The position numbers were made by a program, and so were the translations under genes. A DNA stretch of 58,940 nt, counting the filler. It is 4 parts of 4 records of this genome, joined end to end, with 100 filler letters (N's around TTAATTAATTAA, not from the genome) between each part and the next. Parts side by side here need not be neighbours in the genome. Positions count along the whole stretch, not along the records: positions 12,153 to 42,747 come from SRR20825019_258; positions 42,848 to 49,802 come from SRR20825019_273; 2 more parts are not named here. One strand, 5' to 3'. Below, in pieces: positions 38,840 to 46,405 of this stretch; position 1 is the first letter of the stretch; every line of letters starts with the position of its first letter. The notes beneath the pieces are model-generated. The model did not search any database and was not told the origin of the DNA. It saw only the letters and a list, made by a program, of their open reading frames with translations.

Positions 38840-39613
38840 TCAGCCAGCGGTTACCGATGCGCCATCGAGCAGAATTTCTGCTTCGAGCTTACGCGCCTCG
38901 GGCGCATGGCCGGTACATTGATCGGGATCATCGGCTGAACCCGGATGAACCATCAGGACACATTCATCGCCAGCTGCCTTGATCAGGCGCGGGAGCCATA
39001 ATGAGACTTCATCCGGCTTGTCCAAACGCAGGAAACCGGAGAAGTCGGCATTCACTGGCCATCCCGCTTTTCCGAAATGTCGACCGGCAACCCACGCCAG
39101 CGCAGCAATTACGCTCACCTTCAGGCCACCGGCTCGTATGTTCAGAAGCAGGGATGCAGCCGATGCTGGCAATGGTACCCGCATCCAGGTCGTTTCACTG
39201 CGCGGCAAACGTGCCGCATCCTGGAACAGTCCGGGCAGGCAATGACAATGCTGGTGGCCGTCATAATAATCCGGCAGGAAGCCAAAAACGGTCTCAAAAG
39301 CCTCCGTCTGCCGAGCGAAGTCCGCGCCCGCATCTTCAGGCAGACGTCTGCTCAGGCTAAGACGCATCAGCGTCTGAAGTGGATGACAGACAGATCCTTC
39401 CGCAAAGGCATGCGTCAGGTTGAGATGTAGCCCGATAACCGCACCTTCATCACGAAGAGCACGCAGTTTTTGCACGGATGCTGCATCCAGCTGCCCGTCT
39501 ATCATAACAGACGTGCCGTTGATCTTCTGCTTTGCGAGCAGATCAAGGATCACGTCATTATGTCCCGCTCCGAGTCCGAAATCATCAGCAATCAGAAGCG
39601 GGCCATTGTTCAT
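38840..39613 (-). CDS. YdjC/ChbG/HpnK-family deacetylase
   Basis: IADDFG, GLHLNL, DGHQH.H, MVHPG. Confidence 0.92.
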   Translation of the reverse strand: MNNGPLLIADDFGLGAGHNDVILDLLAKQKINGTSVMIDGQLDAASVQKLRALRDEGAVIGLHLNLTHAFAEGSVCHPLQTLMRLSLSRRLPEDAGADFARQTEAFETVFGFLPDYYDGHQHCHCLPGLFQDAARLPRSETTWMRVPLPASAASLLLNIRAGGLKVSVIAALAWVAGRHFGKAGWPVNADFSGFLRLDKPDEVSLWLPRLIKAAGDECVLMVHPGSADDPDQCTGHAPEARKLEAEILLDGASVTAG

Positions 39614-41115
39614 TTTGGTGCCACATAAACGACCGAGAAGTCGTAAGGCGGGGCCATGCCTGCCAGAAGCGATTTATGCTGAGCTGTCATGGTTTCAGGA
39701 AACGCCTGCATATCGTTTGTTTCAGCCCAGCGTACGCCGTCGTCCATGCATGCCTGATCAACCTGCCCCTCGGGCGCGAGCGAGCAGAAGATCACGCCGT
39801 TGACGTCCCGCCAGTTTTCAAGCGGCGGATAATAGGACTGTAGCTGGTCTGGAACGTTCGGAAGCGCTTCAATGTCTTCTGGCGCGAAGAAGGCAATATG
39901 TGCGGCATTATTGCCTTTTGACACCCAGCGTAATGGGCCCTCATGGTTATCGTCCCAGTTTTTGACGGCAGCCTGCGCCGCCTCGGGGAAAGGTTCAGCG
40001 GGGAGCCCCATGTCGCCGACAAGTGAATTGGCGACGCGGAAAACAATCGCTCCGGCGATCATCACAGGCCATATGAAGCGAAAGGCATTTACCAGCTTCG
40101 GTCCATTGATGGCGATAAACCCGGGTTCGGCATTGGCGACCAGATAGAGCGTGAAAGAAAAGCCAATGGGAATGGCCCATGGTACGCCGAGTTCGGCAAA
40201 ACCGCTGGCGCCGATCAAAACCGTCAGCAACCATGGGCCAATCGTCATGAATGCGAGCGTTTCGCCCGGCGCATGCCAACTGAATATCCGGCGAACCCGT
40301 GTTGCCACTCCGCCTGTCACCAGCAGGATGGCAGCAAGAACGATCGGAACCGGCCAGTAGGAGAGTGGCACTATCGCGAACTGGACAAGATGGCTGAGCT
40401 TGCTTGCCAGATCGCTGGTTGCGCGCTGGTCTTCCGCGTATTTAATCGCACCGGAGTGCTCGATGAGCCAGAGTGCGTGGGGCGCCAGTGTTATGATGAA
40501 TGCGAGAAGTGCAGTGTAAGGAGCCGATGTAGTCCACAGCCAGCGGTTCTTTCGGGTCAGGCTCAACCCCAGAAGCGGAACCAGCAGCACAATCGTGTAA
40601 TACTTGCTGAGCATGGCGGCTGTGGCAAAAACACCGAAGAGCACAGCATACAAGGTGCGATACTGCACGTCTCGATCTGCCGTTTTCACAAACGCCCAGG
40701 CAAGCCACGGCCATGTCGCCAGGCAGACCGTGTTCATATTAAGCTTGTCGGCGAGTGTGAGATAGGGAAAAGCCAGCGCACAAAGCGCCATGGCGACCAG
40801 AAGTGGCAGCCGGTCAAACTTCAGCGCCCGGCCAAGGGCGACGATGCCAAGCATCCCGACCGCCAGATTAACTGCTGACAGCAGGTAAAATGAAGCAATG
40901 GTTTTCGGTGCAACCATGAACCATAGTTTCGCCATCCATGGCAGAAACTGCGGGTGTTTGTCGGAGCCCATCAACCAGTGCTGCGACCAAGCATAAATCT
41001 CTGCCATATCGCCATGAAACGCAACATCACCTTTGGCGATAACAATCATCGCCCACCAAAAAACACAATGTATAAGTGTGAATTGTACAGGGGGCAGTGT
41101 ATCAAGTTTCTTCAT
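39610..41115 (-). CDS. GT-C membrane glycosyltransferase (ArnT/PMT_2-like)
   Basis: DMAE.YAW, KHPQF..W, N.N, LSKY, PH..WL; multiple TM; start 41115 or 41163. Confidence 0.85.
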   Translation of the reverse strand: MKKLDTLPPVQFTLIHCVFWWAMIVIAKGDVAFHGDMAEIYAWSQHWLMGSDKHPQFLPWMAKLWFMVAPKTIASFYLLSAVNLAVGMLGIVALGRALKFDRLPLLVAMALCALAFPYLTLADKLNMNTVCLATWPWLAWAFVKTADRDVQYRTLYAVLFGVFATAAMLSKYYTIVLLVPLLGLSLTRKNRWLWTTSAPYTALLAFIITLAPHALWLIEHSGAIKYAEDQRATSDLASKLSHLVQFAIVPLSYWPVPIVLAAILLVTGGVATRVRRIFSWHAPGETLAFMTIGPWLLTVLIGASGFAELGVPWAIPIGFSFTLYLVANAEPGFIAINGPKLVNAFRFIWPVMIAGAIVFRVANSLVGDMGLPAEPFPEAAQAAVKNWDDNHEGPLRWVSKGNNAAHIAFFAPEDIEALPNVPDQLQSYYPPLENWRDVNGVIFCSLAPEGQVDQACMDDGVRWAETNDMQAFPETMTAQHKSLLAGMAPPYDFSVVYVAPK

Positions 41116-42112
41116 GAGGTTCAGACTGGCTTTCTTTAGGCGTGTTGTGCGGACTGGCTGCATTGCTTTTCAACACCCTGTCTTCTGCGAGAATATAGCC
41201 GGGACGACGTTTGGCCTCCAGAACAGCTTTGCCGATATATTCTCCGACCAGACCAAGATAAATCATCTGCAGGCCACCGAAAAAGGCAATCAGCGTCAGC
41301 GTTGAAGCAAGGCCCGATTCACTTTGCCCGATGAAAATGCGCTCCAGAATAATATAGATGCCATAAAGCGTGCTGAGGGCCGCCACACTAACACCGAACA
41401 TCGCCATCAAACGAAGCGGTGTGGTGGTGAAACTTGTTATCGCATCAAACGATATCATCAGAAGCTGGGCGAAATTGAAATTTGTACGTCCGTGCTCACG
41501 CGGAGGCGGAGTAAGCGGAATACCGCACTGCTGAAAGCCGATCCAGCCGTAAAGTCCTTTCATGAAACGTTCCGTTTCGGGCAGGCTGATCAGCGCATCG
41601 GCGAAACGCCGGGTAATGAGGCGGTAGTCACCGGCATTTTCTGTAATGCGAAAGCGGGCGCGCCGGTTGATGATCCAGTAGAAGCTCTTTGCAAAGGTTG
41701 ACTTAACAAAACCCTCGACCGCACGGCGGCTTTTCTTGTAGAAGTAGACGCAATCAACCTGCTCTTGCTCCCACTTGTTCAGGAGCTCAAGGATCAGCTC
41801 TGGCGGATGCTGAAGATCGGCATCCATCATGATCATCAGGTCCGCGTCTGTGGCGGCATCGATTCCGGCCGAAAGCGCGGCTTCCTTGCCGAAATTGCGG
41901 GAGAAGGTGAGCAGGCGTGCTGTGTAGCCTGCGAAATCCAGGGCCGTCAGACAGGCTGCACTGTCATCCACACTGCCATCGTCTATGAAGATATAGCTGA
42001 CTTCATACCCTTTTTCGGTACGAATACGATCGGAAACGAGCCTCAGACGCTCCGCCAGTACCGGCAGATTTTGGGCCTCATTGTAAACCGGAATGATAAT
42101 TGCGAGCTTCAT
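41102..42112 (-). CDS. GT2 polyprenyl-phosphate glycosyltransferase (GtrB/ArnC-like)
   Basis: IIPVYNE, IDDGS.D, SRNFGKEAAL.AG, DADLQHPP, GDYRL, two C-terminal TM, GEYIG. Confidence 0.93.
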   Translation of the reverse strand: MKLAIIIPVYNEAQNLPVLAERLRLVSDRIRTEKGYEVSYIFIDDGSVDDSAACLTALDFAGYTARLLTFSRNFGKEAALSAGIDAATDADLMIMMDADLQHPPELILELLNKWEQEQVDCVYFYKKSRRAVEGFVKSTFAKSFYWIINRRARFRITENAGDYRLITRRFADALISLPETERFMKGLYGWIGFQQCGIPLTPPPREHGRTNFNFAQLLMISFDAITSFTTTPLRLMAMFGVSVAALSTLYGIYIILERIFIGQSESGLASTLTLIAFFGGLQMIYLGLVGEYIGKAVLEAKRRPGYILAEDRVLKSNAASPHNTPKESQSEPHEET

Positions 42113-42114
42113 GA

Positions 42115-42606
42115 TCAGTGTATGCGTCTCTTGATGAAAACGAATGTCGATGAGGCGGCAAAATTGATGACAGAGACAGCGGCCAGCGCAATAGCCACAG
42201 CGAATGCCACCGGTAATCCGCAAGCCAGAAGCAAATCAAGCACAACAATGCGTAAGCCAAGTACTACCAATGTCAAGGCCATGAACTTGGCAAAGCGCTT
42301 CGGCCACTGGTTTCCATGCGTCTTGAAGGTGATGTGCTCATGGTACAAAAACACCACAGCGCTGCTGACAGCCATTGCCAGTGTCAGGCCGAGCCACGGT
42401 GCAAGGTCAAGCATGTCGTGGAGCACCAGTGTCAGTACATAATCAATGACAGCGCCGATGGCTGAACCGCCGCCAAAGATGATGAACTGCTTCAGCTTCT
42501 GGAGTATTCTGGATATCTGGTTGATCTTCTCTGTTGGCACGACTGACCTGTCCGTCTGGCATTGCGTGATCGCCGACACGTGTGCACCGCTGTCTGAGCG
42601 GTTCAC
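42115..42606 (-). CDS. GtrA-family flippase
   Basis: QFIIFGG...A.ID, 4 TM segments, ..ITF, NF..S..FVF; start uncertain. Confidence 0.85.
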   Translation of the reverse strand: MNRSDSGAHVSAITQCQTDRSVVPTEKINQISRILQKLKQFIIFGGGSAIGAVIDYVLTLVLHDMLDLAPWLGLTLAMAVSSAVVFLYHEHITFKTHGNQWPKRFAKFMALTLVVLGLRIVVLDLLLACGLPVAFAVAIALAAVSVINFAASSTFVFIKRRIH

Positions 42607-42747
42607 TTTAACCCTTTAAACTCACGGGCAGATAGAATTTTTTAAAAAGAGGAGCAACAGGCCGCCAAAGCGCTTTGCCGACACGCTAAGGAAAGCGACC
42701 TGAGCCGTGATAGTGTATTCTTATTTCCAATAGTCAGAGCCTTGAGG

Positions 42748-42847
42748 NNNNNNNNNNNNNNNNNNNNNNNNNNNNNNNNNNNNNNNNNNNNTTAATTAAT
42801 TAANNNNNNNNNNNNNNNNNNNNNNNNNNNNNNNNNNNNNNNNNNNN
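42748..42847. other. Artificial contig spacer
   Basis: N-run-TTAATTAATTAA-N-run. Confidence 0.98.
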
Positions 42848-43421
42848 GGTTGGCCCGACCCTTCCGGGGATCGAGGCGCGGGTTTGCGACAAGGATGGCA
42901 ATGTTTTGCCGGTCGGTGAAATCGGTGTGCTTGAAGTTCGCGGACCCAACGTTTTCAAGGGTTACTGGCAGATGCCGGAAAAAACCGCATCCGAATTCCG
43001 CACGGACGGGTTCTTTATCACCGGCGATCTCGCGACCATCGGCGCAGACGGTTATGTCACCATCGTCGGGCGCGACAAGGACCTGATCATTTCGGGTGGT
43101 TTCAACGTCTATCCCAAGGAGGTCGAGGAAATCATCGCCGAATATGACGAGGTCGAGGAAGTCGCGATCTTTGGCCTCCCGCATCCCGACTTCGGCGAAG
43201 CGGTTGCCGGGGTGATCGTCCCGGCCAAGGGCACCAAGCCCGATGCAGACGCGATCATCAAACGCACCCAGGACAAGCTTGCAAAATTCAAGGTGCCCAA
43301 ACGCATCTGGATGCTTGACGAATTGCCGCGCAACACGATGGGTAAAATTCAAAAGGCGCAGCTGCGCAAGGATTATGCCGATACCTTTGCCACCCCGTCC
43401 GGCAAATCCGCCAACGGGTAA
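42848..43421 (+). CDS. Acyl-CoA synthetase, malonyl-CoA synthetase MatB-like (5' partial)
   Basis: GPNVFKGYWQMPEKT, FITGDL, GRDKDLIISGGFNVYPKEVE, PHPDFGE, LPRNTMGK. Confidence 0.9.
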
Positions 43422-43482
43422 CTGCGTACTCTGTTTCGTTTTCCCGTGTCTCCCTGCTGTCTTGCAGACAGCCAAACTCTCT

Positions 43483-43514
43483 CACCGGTCGGAAATTCTG
43501 GCCGGTGTTTTTTT
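43483..43514 (+). terminator. Intrinsic terminator after the matB-like gene
   Basis: CACCGGTCGGA-AAT-TCTGGCCGGTG-TTTTTTT. Confidence 0.75.
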
Positions 43515-43530
43515 GAGCAGCCCAAAGAAA

Positions 43531-43563
43531 GTTCTTGATTTGTTCTTTTTGTTGTGGTAGAAA
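43531..43563 (+). promoter_or_regulatory. Alphaproteobacterial LexA (SOS) box overlapping a sigma70-like promoter
   Basis: GTTC-TTGATTT-GTTC (GTTC-N7-GTTC) at 43531-43545; -35 TTGATT at 43535-43540, 17-nt spacer, -10 TAGAAA at 43558-43563. Confidence 0.6.
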
Positions 43564-43595
43564 AGAAAAGTCAACGGGATAAAAGCGCCCGGACC

Positions 43596-43633
43596 AAAAC
43601 CCGCAAAGCGTGATTCGCTTTGCGGGTTTTTTC
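43596..43633 (+). terminator. Strong hairpin/terminator
   Basis: AAAACCCGCAAAGCG-TGATT-CGCTTTGCGGGTTTTTT. Confidence 0.8.
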
Positions 43634-43780
43634 GTTTGGGGCCAGATGAAAGTGATGATGATGCAGCAGCACAAAGACAGACCGATCCGGTGGCAACATC
43701 GCCGGATGATGACCGGCGGGTGGAAAAGCCATTACGGCGGTTTTGCGCCCGTGTCCTAACCCACCCCAAGGTCACCCAAA

Positions 43781-44140
43781 GGTCAAGACGGGAGAAGTGC
43801 GCCTTGTTGGCAAGGCAACCGGTAAAATTGTGATCGGCAGCGGCTGGGCTGCGCCGGGTAGCATCTGGCAAGCGGTGGCTGAGATGAGTCATGACGGGAG
43901 AGGTGCGTCTTGTTAGCAAAGTAATGGCGAGATTGCGATCTGGTAGCGGCTAGGCTGCGTCGGGCAGCATTTGGCAAGCAGCGGCTGGTGATGGGTCCGC
44001 TGGTGATAGGTCAGAACGGGAGAGGTGCGCCTTGTTGGTGAGGCAGTCGGCGAAATTGTGATCGGCAGCGCTTGCCGCGACTGGCAGAATTGGGCAGCAG
44101 GTGGCAAACAGCGGCGGGAGGTGGGTCTGTTGGAGCAAAT
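43781..44140. repeat. Three degenerate ~106-130 bp tandem repeats, non-coding
   Basis: Units start at 43781, 43887 and 44009; shared core GTCA..ACGGGAGA.GTGCG.CTTGTT.G...ATTG.GATC.GG.AGCG...GGG.AGCA..TGGCAA.C.G.GGC. Confidence 0.85.
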
Positions 44141-44626
44141 GGTCCGGTGCGGCTGGTGCGACGGGCCGGAGTCCGTCGGCTGTTTGGATTTCCGTGTTCG
44201 TCAAACGGGGGACATCCGCCGAGGGAGCCAGCGCGGCAAAGTTTGGCGGAACCACGCGTCGGAGGCAGCATGGGAGGATCACGGCAGGTTGAGTTTCATC
44301 GGGTGGCGGGAAGTGGCAGAACGACCAGAGGGGTGAGAAGCAGTTCGGCGAGGAACCTATGGCGAGGAGCCAATCGCACCGTTCGGAGAACCGAAACCCG
44401 CCCAAGGCCCGGAACCGGTTCCGATGGAGCGTATCTTTTGGCGGGTTTACGGATCACCAGACTACCCTGCCGGTTGGGAATTCTGGCAGAGTTTTTTTGG
44501 GAACCGCCGGTTGTAACCGCGTACTTGGAAAATGGTGCTAAAGCCATCATGATGGGACAAGGCTAGCAGGCTGTTTCGTATCAGCCTGTCCGGTGTGCGG
44601 ACAGGGATCGGGATAAAGGCAATCGC

Positions 44627-45346
44627 ATGGTCATGGTAAAACTTGACGACGCAATCGACCGGATCACGGGGGATATTTCCCGAACCGGTGCCCTGACCGC
44701 GGAAGCATCGCGCCGATACGAGGAGATGTTTCCGGGCTTTCGCGCCGAACTGGCCCGTGTGCTTGAACAGGCCCCGACCATCACTGACGCCGCGAAAGCG
44801 GCCATGATACTGGTCGATGCGGCGTCGCGAAGCCTTCGGGATAGTTTTCCGCATCAGCCCCATTGCGACTGCCGGGATGGATGCAGTGCGTGCTGCCACC
44901 TGTTTGTTGCGGTGCCGCCCGGTGTCACCAGCCTGATTGCCGAGCATATCCGCAAGGCGTTTACGCCAGACGAACAGCAGGCATTGCGTGAACGTCTGAC
45001 CCAGGCAGCACGGATCATTGAACAGGCAAAGACCACATCCGAAGTGCGCGCACGCTGCCCGCTTCTAGGCGCAGATGAAAGATGCACGATCTATGACGTT
45101 CGCCCCCTGACCTGCCGGGCCTTTACATCATCGAGTGCGCCGCGTTGCCAAAGCATGGTTTTTGGTGATGAACGGCAACGCATGGATCGGATTGATCAGA
45201 ATTCCGGGCATTACCGCCTGCATCTTGAAGCGACCGAAGCCCTTCAGGATGCCGCCAAAGCCCGCGGGCTTGACGGGCGGCAAATGGGGTTCGTTCATGC
45301 GCTGCTTGATCAACTGGAAACGGCGGAAGACGAGATACAAGGTTAA
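44627..45346 (+). CDS. YkgJ-family (CxxCxxCC) cysteine-cluster protein
   Basis: CRDGCSACCH, CPLL, CTIYDVRPLTCR. Confidence 0.9.
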   Translation: MVMVKLDDAIDRITGDISRTGALTAEASRRYEEMFPGFRAELARVLEQAPTITDAAKAAMILVDAASRSLRDSFPHQPHCDCRDGCSACCHLFVAVPPGVTSLIAEHIRKAFTPDEQQALRERLTQAARIIEQAKTTSEVRARCPLLGADERCTIYDVRPLTCRAFTSSSAPRCQSMVFGDERQRMDRIDQNSGHYRLHLEATEALQDAAKARGLDGRQMGFVHALLDQLETAEDEIQG

Positions 45347-45445
45347 ATTTCGGCTGATGCGTTGCATCGGGCCGGAACAGGTCCATTTTCAATGCGTTGA
45401 TAAAATTCACCAATTCCTTCCATCTTGATACGGGCAAAGCAGCAC

Positions 45446-46228
45446 ATGAACAACTTCCCTGATCCCAAGGTCGCCTTCGTCACCGGTGCTGCGCAGGGTT
45501 TGGGGCTGGGGATTACGCAGCATCTTCTGTCGACGGGATGGAAGGTCATGCTGTTTGATCTGGATGCGGATGCCGGGGATGAAGCCATCACCGCCCTTTC
45601 CGAAGAACAGCGCGAACGCGCCCTGTTTTTCAAGGGCGATGTTTCCGATGAACGCGATGTTGCCATTGCGGTTCAGCAGACCGTCGACCGGTTCGGGCGT
45701 ATTGACGGACTGGTTAACAATGCCGGGATTGCCGACCCGCATTCGGGATCGTTCGAACATCTGGATTGGGAAAGCTGGCAACGGGTGATCAATGTCAATC
45801 TGGGTGGGGCGTTTCTGGCAGCCAAACATGCGACACAGCATTTGCGCAAAACCCGTGGGGCGATTGTCAATATCGCATCGACCCGTGCGTTTCAGTCCGA
45901 ACCCAATACCGAAGCCTATGCCGCGTCAAAGGGCGGCATGGTTGCCTTGACCCATGCCATGGCGGTCAGCCTTTCGGGGGCGGTGCGGGTCAATGGCATT
46001 GCGCCGGGCTGGATCGAAGTTGGTGACTGGCAGAAATCATCCGCCCGTGAAGAACCGCAACACCGTGACATCGACCGCCAGCAACACCCGGCGGGCCGCA
46101 TCGGTACGCCGGATGATATCGCAAAGATGGTCGCCTTCCTGCTTGATCATGAACAATCCGGTTTCATGACCGGCGAAACCACCCGCATTGACGGCGGCAT
46201 GACGCATAAAATGATTTATGCCGATTAA
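45446..46228 (+). CDS. Short-chain dehydrogenase/reductase
   Basis: TGAAQGLG, NNAG, YAASK, PGWI, HPAGRIG, DGG. Confidence 0.95.
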   Translation: MNNFPDPKVAFVTGAAQGLGLGITQHLLSTGWKVMLFDLDADAGDEAITALSEEQRERALFFKGDVSDERDVAIAVQQTVDRFGRIDGLVNNAGIADPHSGSFEHLDWESWQRVINVNLGGAFLAAKHATQHLRKTRGAIVNIASTRAFQSEPNTEAYAASKGGMVALTHAMAVSLSGAVRVNGIAPGWIEVGDWQKSSAREEPQHRDIDRQQHPAGRIGTPDDIAKMVAFLLDHEQSGFMTGETTRIDGGMTHKMIYAD

Positions 46229-46302
46229 GCGGGCCATGCCCGGCTTGCCAAACAGCGCCAATCCACCCCGCGATTGAATAACTGAACAATTACATCGATA
46301 TT

Positions 46303-46340
46303 GATAATAATAATCATTTATATTGAGATTGATTATCAAT
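46303..46340. promoter_or_regulatory. Tandem Fur-type boxes upstream of TonB receptor
   Basis: GATAATAATAATCATTTAT (15/19 match to GATAATGATAATCATTATC) followed by TGAGATTGATTATCA (7-1-7 form). Confidence 0.7.
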
Positions 46341-46405
46341 AGTGATAATCAGCACCCCATATCGATCCCGCCGGGGGGCGGGGAAATTCGACCTTGGGGT
46401 TTTTC

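Noticed and set aside
43781-44140. CRISPR array or repeat-protein gene
   Set aside because: Units are over 100 bp and similar along their length, with no unique spacers and no cas genes. Periods of 106 and 122 break frame, so the repeated peptides in minus-strand ORFs only mirror the DNA repeat.
43640-44520. Group II intron or retron
   Set aside because: No recognisable domain V hairpin and no reverse transcriptase ORF on the contig.
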